Source: a phage. Taken from it: a stretch of DNA of 38,561 bases. The notes under the pieces are model-generated. The model did not search any database, was not told the DNA's origin, and was given only the letters and a program-made list of their open reading frames with translations. Position 1 is the stretch's first letter; every line of letters starts with the position of its first letter. This document shows, one piece after another, positions 1 to 6,419 of this stretch. Where the stretch lies: the sequence record PZ344858.1; one strand, written 5' to 3'. The position numbers and the translations under genes were made by a program.

Positions 1-150
1 AACAAACTGTTAGACCGCCATAAGTTCCAGATTGGTAAGCTGCAACCTGATGAGCACATCTTGGGTGGCCTTGCTGGTGCTCTGGACGAGTACAAGTCTA
101 AAGTTGGAGATGATGGTCTCACTGACGAGGATATTTACACTTTACAGTGA
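1..150 (+). CDS. 18: Small terminase subunit / DNA maturation protein (T7 gp18-like), C-terminal part; the CDS wraps round from the window end
   Basis: Frame 1 reads NKLLDRHKFQIGKLQPDEHILGGLAGALDEYKSKVGDDGLTDEDIYTLQ then TGA at 148-150; contiguous with the N-terminal part at 38442-38561; matches the T7 gp18 C-terminus as recalled. Confidence 0.85.
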   Translation, partial: NKLLDRHKFQIGKLQPDEHILGGLAGALDEYKSKVGDDGLTDEDIYTLQ

Positions 151-152
151 TA

Positions 153-200
153 TACTCAAGGCCACTACAGATAGTGGTCTTTATGGATGTCATTGTCTAT
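153..200 (+). promoter_or_regulatory. RNase III-type processing hairpin (R18.5-like)
   Basis: Motif ACTCAAGG-stem-loop-stem-CTTTATGGA shared with the other putative RNase III sites in this window; stem ccact/agtgg. Confidence 0.4.
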
Positions 201-244
201 ACGAGATGCTCCTACGTGAAATCTGAAAATTAACGGGAGGCATT

Positions 245-691
245 ATGCTGCAATTTTTACGTAAGCTGGTCCCTTGGGTTCTCGCTGGGATGCTATTCGG
301 ATGGGGATGGCACCTTGGGGCAGACTCAATGGACGCCAAGTGGAAACAGGAGGTACAGAATGAGTACGTTAAGAGAGTTGAGGCTACAGCGAGCACTCAA
401 AGAGCACTCAATGAAATATCGGCTAAGTATCAAGAAGACCTTGCCGCGTTGGAAGGGAGCACTGATAGGATTATTTCTGATTTGCGTAGCGACAATAAGC
501 GGCTGCTCGTCAGAGTCAAAACTACCGGAACCTCCGATGGTAAGTGTGGATTCGAGCCTGATGGTCGAGCCGAACTTGACGACCGAGATGCTAAACGTAT
601 TCTCGCAGTGACCCAAAGGGGTGACGCTTGGATTCGTGCCCTACAGGACACTATACGAGAACTACAGAATAAGCAGGAGGTTAAACAATGA
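245..691 (+). CDS. 18.5: i-spanin (Rz-like, T7 gp18.5 homolog)
   Basis: 148 aa ORF with RBS gggagg upstream; similar in size and sequence to T7 gp18.5; sits between genes 18 and 19. Confidence 0.85.
   Translation: MLQFLRKLVPWVLAGMLFGWGWHLGADSMDAKWKQEVQNEYVKRVEATASTQRALNEISAKYQEDLAALEGSTDRIISDLRSDNKRLLVRVKTTGTSDGKCGFEPDGRAELDDRDAKRILAVTQRGDAWIRALQDTIRELQNKQEVKQ
360..611 (+). CDS. 18.7: o-spanin lipoprotein (Rz1-like, T7 gp18.7 homolog), nested in +1 frame inside 18.5
   Basis: 83 aa starting MSTLRELRL after RBS aggagg; lipobox-like ATISGC; proline-rich C-terminus; start placed by similarity to T7 gp18.7. Confidence 0.75.
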   Translation: MSTLRELRLQRALKEHSMKYRLSIKKTLPRWKGALIGLFLICVATISGCSSESKLPEPPMVSVDSSLMVEPNLTTEMLNVFSQ

Positions 692-2460
692 GGAAAGGTT
701 CATTCGCTCAGTCCAATCGTAATGCGCTCGTTGTAGCGCAACTAAAGGGTGACTTCGTGGCGTTCCTGTTCGTCTTATGGAAGGCGTTAAACCTACCAGT
801 TCCCACTAAGTGTCAAATCGACATGGCTAAGGTACTGGCTAATGGGGATAACAAGAAGTTCATCTTACAGGCTTTCCGTGGTATCGGTAAGTCATTCATT
901 ACATGTGCGTTCGTTGTGTGGTCATTATGGAGGGACCCTCAGTTGAAGATACTTATCGTATCAGCTTCTAAAGAACGTGCAGACGCTAACTCCATATTCA
1001 TCAAGAACATCATTGACCTGCTGCCGTTTCTCAGCGAGTTGAAGCCAAGACCCGGACAGCGTGACTCTGTGATTAGCTTTGATGTTGGTCCTGCTAGTCC
1101 TGACCACTCGCCTAGTGTGAAATCAGTGGGTATCACTGGTCAGCTAACTGGTAGCCGTGCTGATATTATCATTGCGGATGACGTTGAGATTCCGTCTAAC
1201 AGTGCGACTATGGGTGCCCGTGAGAAGCTATGGACTCTGGTTCAGGAGTTCGCTGCGTTACTTAAACCACTACCTACGTCTCGTGTTATCTACCTTGGTA
1301 CTCCTCAGACTGAGATGACTCTCTATAAGGAACTGGAAGATAACCGTGGGTACACCACTATCATCTGGCCTGCTCTATACCCAAGGACTCGTGAGGAGAA
1401 TCTTTACTATGCCCAACGTCTTGCCCCAATGCTCCGTGCGGAGTACGAGGAGAATCCTGAGGCGCTGGCTGGTACTCCTACAGACCCTGTTCGATTCGAC
1501 AGAGACGACCTACGTGAGCGTGAGTTGGAATACGGTAAGGCTGGCTTTACGCTACAGTTCATGCTTAACCCGAACCTGAGTGATGCCGAGAAGTACCCTC
1601 TGAGGCTCCGTGACGCTATCGTAGCGGCCTTAGATTTAGAGAAGGCTCCAATGCATTACCAGTGGCTTCCGAACCGTCAGAACATCATTGAGGACCTTCC
1701 TAACGTGGGTCTTAAGGGTGATGACCTACACACATATCATGAGTGCTCGAATAACTCCGGTCAGTACCAACAGAAGATTCTGGTCATTGACCCTAGTGGT
1801 CGTGGTAAGGATGAAACAGGTTACGCTGTACTGTACACACTCAACGGTTACATCTACCTTATGGAAGCTGGAGGTTTCCGTGATGGTTACTCTGATAAGA
1901 CCCTTGAGCTACTCGCTAAGAAAGCTAAGCAATGGGGAGTCCAGACGGTTGTCTATGAGAGTAACTTCGGTGACGGTATGTTCGGTAAGGTATTCAGTCC
2001 TATCCTCCTTAAACACCACAACTGTGCTATGGAAGAGATTCGTGCTCGTGGTATGAAGGAGATGCGCATTTGTGATACCCTTGAGCCAGTCATGCAGACT
2101 CACCGCCTTGTCATTCGTGATGAGGTCATTCGGGCAGACTACCAGTCCGCTCGTGATGTAGACGGTAAGCATGACGTTAAGTATTCACTGTTCTACCAGA
2201 TGACTCGTATCACTCGTGAGAAAGGCGCTCTGGCACACGATGACCGATTGGATGCCCTTGCGTTAGGCGTTGAGTATCTCCGTGAGTCCATGCAGTTGGA
2301 TTCCGTTAAGGTAGAGGGTGAGGTACTTGCTGACTTCCTTGAGGAACACATGATGCGTCCTACAGTGTCTGCTACCCACATCATTGAGATGTCTGTAGGA
2401 GGAGTTGATGTGTACTCTGAGGACGATGAGGGATACGGTACGTCTTTCATTGAGTGGTGA
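688..2460 (+). CDS. 19: Large terminase subunit / DNA maturation protein B (T7 gp19 homolog)
   Basis: 590 aa ORF, strong RBS aggagg, near-identical in length to T7 gp19 (586 aa as recalled). Confidence 0.95.
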   Translation: MRKGSFAQSNRNALVVAQLKGDFVAFLFVLWKALNLPVPTKCQIDMAKVLANGDNKKFILQAFRGIGKSFITCAFVVWSLWRDPQLKILIVSASKERADANSIFIKNIIDLLPFLSELKPRPGQRDSVISFDVGPASPDHSPSVKSVGITGQLTGSRADIIIADDVEIPSNSATMGAREKLWTLVQEFAALLKPLPTSRVIYLGTPQTEMTLYKELEDNRGYTTIIWPALYPRTREENLYYAQRLAPMLRAEYEENPEALAGTPTDPVRFDRDDLRERELEYGKAGFTLQFMLNPNLSDAEKYPLRLRDAIVAALDLEKAPMHYQWLPNRQNIIEDLPNVGLKGDDLHTYHECSNNSGQYQQKILVIDPSGRGKDETGYAVLYTLNGYIYLMEAGGFRDGYSDKTLELLAKKAKQWGVQTVVYESNFGDGMFGKVFSPILLKHHNCAMEEIRARGMKEMRICDTLEPVMQTHRLVIRDEVIRADYQSARDVDGKHDVKYSLFYQMTRITREKGALAHDDRLDALALGVEYLRESMQLDSVKVEGEVLADFLEEHMMRPTVSATHIIEMSVGGVDVYSEDDEGYGTSFIEW

Positions 2461-2687
2461 TTTATGCAGTAAGATTGCATAGGGATGCACTATAGGCCAC
2501 GGATGGTCAGTTCGTTAAGTTACTGAAAAGACACGAGGGACGAAAGGTTACTATATAGATACTGAATGAATACTTATAGAGTGCATAAAGTATGCATAGT
2601 AGTGTACCTAAAGTGACCTCTAAGAATGGTGATTATATTGTATTAATATCACCTTAACTTAAAGTCCAACATAAAGGGAGGAGACTC

Positions 2688-2837
2688 ATGTTCCGCTTAT
2701 TGTTGAACCTACTGCGGCATAGAGTCACCTACCGATTTCTTGTGGTACTTTGTGCTGCCCTTGGGTACGCATCGCTTAACGGAGACCTCAGTTCACTGGA
2801 GTCTACCGTTTGCTCTTTACTCACTTGTAGTGATTAA
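2688..2837 (+). CDS. 19.5: gp19.5-like small protein
   Basis: 49 aa ORF MFRLLLNLLRHRVTYRFLVVLCAALGYASLNGDLSSLESTVCSLLTCSD, RBS aagggagg; below the ORF-track length cut-off; matches T7 gp19.5 as recalled. Confidence 0.7.
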   Translation: MFRLLLNLLRHRVTYRFLVVLCAALGYASLNGDLSSLESTVCSLLTCSD

Positions 2838-3076
2838 GGTCTTCCTGACCGACTGACGGCTCACCGAGGGATTCAGCGGTATGATTGCATCACACCACTT
2901 CATCCCTATAGAGTCAAGTCCTAAGGTATGCCCATAAAGAGCCTCTAATGGTCTATCCTAAGGTCTATACCTAAAGATAGGCCATCCTATCAGTGTCACC
3001 TAAAGAGAGGCTTAGAGAGGGCCTAAGGAGTCCCTAGAGGGTCCTTTAAAATATACCATAAAAATCTGAGTGACTA

Positions 3077-3221
3077 TCTCACAGTGTACGGACCTAAAGT
3101 TCCCCCATAGGGGTACCTAAAGCCCAGCCAATCACCTAAAGTCAACCTTCGGTTGACCTTGAGGGTTCCCTAGGGGTTGGGATGACCCTTGGGGTTTACC
3201 TTTGAGTGTCTCCTTGTCCCT
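3077..3221. repeat. Terminal repeat (direct terminal redundancy), present once in this circular permutation
   Basis: Begins tctcacagtgtacggacctaaag, the T7 left-end sequence as recalled; bounded by right-end unique sequence upstream and left-end unique sequence downstream; boundaries approximate. Confidence 0.5.
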
Positions 3222-3226
3222 ATCTG

Positions 3227-3360
3227 TTCAGTCTCCTAAAGTATCCTCCTAAAGTCCATCATCAAGCCAACACCAAAAGAATAACCTTAAAGACCCATCA
3301 AGTCAATCCCTATCTTAAAGATAATCCTAACGACCATCCTAACGACCATCCTAAAGCTGC
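3227..3360. repeat. Left-end array of short CCTAAAG/CTTAAAG-type direct repeats, including tandem atcctaacgacc x2
   Basis: cctaaag at about 3234, 3248 and 3350; atcctaacgacc repeated at 3324-3335 and 3336-3347; related copies also in the right end (about 2608, 2968, 2998) and inside the terminal repeat. Confidence 0.5.
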
Positions 3361-3415
3361 CTCGTTGTTACCTATAAAGAGATTATCTTTAATCATTGTC
3401 TTTAATCACTCCCAT

Positions 3416-3438
3416 TAATTCGACTCACTAAAGGGAGA
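3416..3438 (+). promoter_or_regulatory. T7-RNAP-type promoter at the left end (phiOL-like)
   Basis: taattcgactcactaaagggaga; 21/23 match to consensus TAATACGACTCACTATAGGGAGA; predicted +1 G at 3433. Confidence 0.7.
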
Positions 3439-3496
3439 TAAGACTACTTAAAGAGGACCAAAGAGAGAGATTAATCAAAATAATTTTAAAAGAGTA

Positions 3497-3526
3497 TTGA
3501 CTTAAAGGGTCCTACCGGTTTACTAT
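3497..3526 (+). promoter_or_regulatory. Host sigma70-type early promoter (A1-like)
   Basis: -35 ttgact at 3497-3502; -10-like tactat 17-18 bp downstream. Confidence 0.55.
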
Positions 3527-3625
3527 TCATCTCGTCAACGGGACAACGGCCCAAAAGCCACTCCCTGAGATACCGGGGTCAACCGGATAAGTAGACAGCC
3601 TGATAAGTCATACGAAAACCAGGCA

Positions 3626-3655
3626 TTGACAACACGCAGTAACATGCAGTAAGAT
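3626..3655 (+). promoter_or_regulatory. Host sigma70-type early promoter (A2-like)
   Basis: -35 ttgaca at 3626-3631; 18 bp spacer; -10 taagat at 3650-3655. Confidence 0.7.
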
Positions 3656-3731
3656 ACACAGCGTCAACACGGTAGCACAGTGTCTTCTAGGTGACTTAAG
3701 CGCACCACGGCACATAAGGTGAAACAAACGG

Positions 3732-3760
3732 TTGACAACATGCAGTAAACACGGTACGAT
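3732..3760 (+). promoter_or_regulatory. Host sigma70-type early promoter (A3-like)
   Basis: -35 ttgaca at 3732-3737; 17 bp spacer; -10 tacgat at 3755-3760. Confidence 0.7.
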
Positions 3761-3878
3761 GTACCACAAGCAGTAAGGGTGTAGGGATAGGAACCGAGAA
3801 ACCTGCCCGTGACCCGCCAAGGATAAGGCACTAGCCATGAGTCGAATTCGGTCACTCATCGCATAAAAGAATAACAGG

Positions 3879-3907
3879 TTGACAGCCTCCTTTAAAAGCT
3901 GTAAGAT
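3879..3907 (+). promoter_or_regulatory. Additional (fourth) sigma70-type early promoter
   Basis: -35 ttgaca at 3879-3884; 17 bp spacer; -10 taagat at 3902-3907; followed by gtaccac as in the A3-like promoter. Confidence 0.55.
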
Positions 3908-4026
3908 GTACCACGAAATGACGGAACAGTGAGTCACCACACTGAAAGGTGATGCGGTCTAACGAAACCTGACCAAAGACGCTCTTTAACAATCTGGTAA
4001 ACGGCTCTTGAGTGTACACACGTAGC

Positions 4027-4070
4027 GGATAACTCAAGGGTATCGCAAGGTGCCCTTTATGATATTCACT
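4027..4070 (+). promoter_or_regulatory. RNase III-type processing hairpin upstream of gene 0.3 (R0.3-like)
   Basis: ggataactcaagggtatcgcaaggtgccctttatgatattcact; same ACTCAAGG...CCTTTATGAT architecture as the other sites. Confidence 0.5.
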
Positions 4071-4094
4071 AATAACTGCACGAGGTAACACAAG

Positions 4095-4457
4095 ATGGCT
4101 ATGTCTAACATGACTTATAACAACGTTTTCGATCACGCTTACGAAATGCTGAAAGAAAACATCCGTTATGATGACATCCGTGACGCTGATGACCTGCACG
4201 ATGCAGTGCATATGGCGGCTGATAATGCTGTTCCGCACTATTACAGCGACGTTTTCAGTGTAATGGCAAGCGAGGGCATTGACCTTGAGTTTGAGGATTC
4301 TGGTCTGATGCCGGACACCAAGGACGTAATCCGTATCCTGCAAGCACGTATCTATGAGCAACTCACAATCGACCTCTGGGAAGACGCTGAGGACTTACTG
4401 AACGAGTATCTTGAGGAAGTCGAAGAGTCAGAAGACTACGAGGAGGAAGAAGAGTAA
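4095..4457 (+). CDS. ocr: Ocr DNA-mimic anti-restriction protein (T7 gp0.3 homolog)
   Basis: 120 aa, highly acidic with C-terminal [11 protein letters not shown]; near-identical to T7 Ocr as recalled; first gene after the early promoters. Confidence 0.95.
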   Translation: MAMSNMTYNNVFDHAYEMLKENIRYDDIRDADDLHDAVHMAADNAVPHYYSDVFSVMASEGIDLEFEDSGLMPDTKDVIRILQARIYEQLTIDLWEDAEDLLNEYLEEVEESEDYEEEEE

Positions 4458-4612
4458 TGGCTAACAACACCACGCAATATGGTCTGACCGCTCAAACTGT
4501 ACTGTTTTATAGTGACATGGTGCGCTGTGGCTTTGATTGGTCGCTCGCAATGGAACACCTTAAGGAACTGTACGAAAACAACAAGGCAATAGCCTTGGAG
4601 TCTGCTGAGTGA
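4457..4612 (+). CDS. 0.4: gp0.4-like small protein (FtsZ inhibitor in T7)
   Basis: 51 aa [54 protein letters not shown]; ATG overlaps the ocr stop; RBS gaggagg. Confidence 0.75.
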   Translation: MANNTTQYGLTAQTVLFYSDMVRCGFDWSLAMEHLKELYENNKAIALESAE

Positions 4613-4613
4613 T

Positions 4614-4658
4614 AGGCTCAAGGTCGCTCAATATGAGTGGCCTTTATGATTATCACTT
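4614..4658 (+). promoter_or_regulatory. RNase III-type processing hairpin (R0.5-like, copy 1)
   Basis: ctcaaggtcgctcaatatgagtggcctttatgattatcactt. Confidence 0.55.
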
Positions 4659-4680
4659 AACACGCTATAGGACTAACATC

Positions 4681-4881
4681 ATGAGTAAACTTCTGGCAAC
4701 CTCCAAAATCAAAGGCCAACACACTGTAACTCTGCGTGAGTACGAGCACGGGAAAATGGGTAGCACCTACGTTGTGCGGTACGGTAAACAAGTCACGCAT
4801 TGGGTGAACGAGGTTCTGGCACAGGAGGAATATCAAGCCTGTGTGATACACCAAGCAACCTGCGCTGGCTGGAATGACTGA
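4681..4881 (+). CDS. Hypothetical early protein (66 aa)
   Basis: ORF MSKLLATSKIKGQHTVTLREYEHGK...CAGWND with RBS agga; flanked by two near-identical RNase III-like hairpins; function unknown. Confidence 0.5.
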   Translation: MSKLLATSKIKGQHTVTLREYEHGKMGSTYVVRYGKQVTHWVNEVLAQEEYQACVIHQATCAGWND

Positions 4882-4903
4882 CAACAGCCTTCAAGTCTAC
4901 CCA

Positions 4904-4954
4904 GTGATAAACTCAAGGTCGCTCCTAGCGAGTGGCCTTTATGATTATCACTTT
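4904..4954 (+). promoter_or_regulatory. RNase III-type processing hairpin (R0.5-like, copy 2)
   Basis: gtgataaactcaaggtcgctcctagcgagtggcctttatgattatcacttt; differs from copy 1 mainly in the loop. Confidence 0.55.
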
Positions 4955-4973
4955 ACGTATGGGAGTAATGTAT

Positions 4974-5102
4974 ATGCTTACTATCGGTCTACTCACCGCT
5001 CTGGGTCTAGCTGTAGGCGCATCCTTTGGGAAGTCCTTGGGTGTAGCTGTAGGCTCTTACTTGGTCGCTTGTATCATTACGGGAGCACTGCGCAAATGCT
5101 GA
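4974..5102 (+). CDS. Small hydrophobic protein (42 aa), putative membrane peptide
   Basis: MLTIGLLTALGLAVGASFGKSLGVAVGSYLVACIITGALRKC; RBS gggag; below the ORF-track cut-off; identity with a T7 gene not established. Confidence 0.4.
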   Translation: MLTIGLLTALGLAVGASFGKSLGVAVGSYLVACIITGALRKC

Positions 5103-5233
5103 AATACTACGTTATGCCCATCCACACCAAGAACGGTGCTACAGTTTGCACACCTGATGGCTTCGCAATGAAACAACGAATCGAACGCCTTAAGCGCGAA
5201 CTGCGCACCAATCGCAAGCTCAACAACATCTAA
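5096..5233 (+). CDS. 0.6: gp0.6-like small protein
   Basis: 45 aa MLKYYVMPIHTKNGATVCTPDGFAMKQRIERLKRELRTNRKLNNI; matches the T7 gp0.6A N-terminus as recalled; start chosen by homology within ORF 4874-5233. Confidence 0.6.
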   Translation: MLKYYVMPIHTKNGATVCTPDGFAMKQRIERLKRELRTNRKLNNI

Positions 5234-5269
5234 ATCTAATTTTCATATTGACACTGGAGAATACACAAA

Positions 5270-6349
5270 GTGAACGCTATCGACATCATGAACGCTATCG
5301 ACGCAATCAAAGCACTGCCAATCTGTGAACTTGATAAGCGTCAAAGTATGCTCATTGATTTACTGGTCGAGATGGTCAACAACGAAACGTGTGACGGTGA
5401 AATCACCAAGCTGGATAAGCCGCTTGAATATCAAGACTGGTGGACTACCTTAAGGTGCCTCACCACTGACGCTGGCTTCACGATGCTCGGTAATGGTCAC
5501 TTCTCCGCTGCATATAGTCACCCACTGCTGCCTAACAGAGTGATTAAGGTGGGCTTTAAGAAAGAGGATTCAGGCGCTGCGTATATCGCATTCTGCCGCA
5601 TGTATCAGGGTCGCGCTGGTATCCCTAACGTCTACGATGTTCAACGCCATGCAGGCTGCTATACGGTGGTTCTTGATGCTCTGAATGAATGTGAGCGAGA
5701 TGATAACTATGAGCACGACAAATACGCTGAGATTGCAAGCGACATCATTGACTGCAACTCTGATATGCACGATTGGCGTGGCGGATGGGTTGGGGAGTTC
5801 GTCGAAACTTGCAAACTAATCCGCAAGTTCTTTGAGGGCATCGCTTCGTTCGACATGCACAGCGGGAACATCATGTTCGACGATAATGACGTACCGTACA
5901 TTACCGACCCGGTGTCATTCTCACAGAAGAAAGACGGTGGCGCTTTCAGCATGGACCCTGAGGAACTCATCAAGGAAGTCGAGGAAGTCGCACGACAGAA
6001 AGAAATTGACCGCGCCAAGGAGCGTAAAGAACGCCATGAGGGGCGCTTAGAAGCTCGCAGAATGAAACGCCGTAACCGTAAGGCTCGCAAAGCACACCGC
6101 GCTAAGCGTGAAAGGATGATTGCTGCGTGGCGCATGGTTGAGCGTAAAGAACGTCGTAACCATGAGGTAGCTGTAGATGTACTAGGAAGGACCAATAACG
6201 CTATGCTCTGGGCGCACATGTTCGCTGGGGACTTTAAGGCGCTTGAGGAACGAATCGCAGCGCACTGGTTCCAAGCTGACCGCATGGCTATCGCTAATGG
6301 TCTTCCGCTAAACATTGATAAGAAACTGGACGCAATGCTAATGGGATGA
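5270..6349 (+). CDS. 0.7: Serine/threonine protein kinase and host-transcription shut-off protein (T7 gp0.7 homolog)
   Basis: 359 aa, GTG start with RBS ggag; strong similarity to T7 gp0.7 including the arginine/lysine-rich C-terminal region. Confidence 0.9.
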   Translation: MNAIDIMNAIDAIKALPICELDKRQSMLIDLLVEMVNNETCDGEITKLDKPLEYQDWWTTLRCLTTDAGFTMLGNGHFSAAYSHPLLPNRVIKVGFKKEDSGAAYIAFCRMYQGRAGIPNVYDVQRHAGCYTVVLDALNECERDDNYEHDKYAEIASDIIDCNSDMHDWRGGWVGEFVETCKLIRKFFEGIASFDMHSGNIMFDDNDVPYITDPVSFSQKKDGGAFSMDPEELIKEVEEVARQKEIDRAKERKERHEGRLEARRMKRRNRKARKAHRAKRERMIAAWRMVERKERRNHEVAVDVLGRTNNAMLWAHMFAGDFKALEERIAAHWFQADRMAIANGLPLNIDKKLDAMLMG

Positions 6350-6364
6350 TAGTCTTATCTTACA

Positions 6365-6393
6365 GGTCATCTGCGGGTGGCCTGAAATAGATA
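6365..6393 (+). promoter_or_regulatory. Putative RNase III-type hairpin upstream of gene 1 (R1-like)
   Basis: caggtcatctgcgggtggcctg imperfect hairpin in the 0.7-1 intergenic region. Confidence 0.35.
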
Positions 6394-6419
6394 CGATTAC
6401 TGACCGAAAGAGGTACAAA

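Noticed and set aside
32-226. 64 aa + strand ORF overlapping the end of gene 18 and the 18/18.5 intergenic hairpin
   Set aside because: Out of frame with gene 18, spans a regulatory hairpin, no RBS; the in-frame gene 18 reading is strongly supported.
1346-2056. Alternate-frame + strand ORFs inside gene 19 (77 aa and 122 aa) as possible 19.2/19.3-like genes
   Set aside because: No RBS or homology support visible by eye; could be embedded genes as annotated in T7, but the evidence is insufficient to call them.
2590-3375. Dispersed CCTAAAG repeats as a possible CRISPR array
   Set aside because: Repeat units are only 7-12 nt, irregularly spaced, lack uniform spacers and flank the genome ends, typical of T7-group terminal repeat arrays rather than CRISPR.
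3852-4361. 169 aa ORF on the minus strand across the early promoter region and ocr
   Set aside because: Antisense to a well-supported gene and to the promoter array; T7-group genomes are transcribed entirely in one direction; no RBS; consistent with a chance ORF.
5707-6315. 202 aa minus-strand ORF inside the kinase gene 0.7
   Set aside because: Antisense shadow ORF within a conserved coding region; serine/arginine/leucine-rich low-complexity translation.
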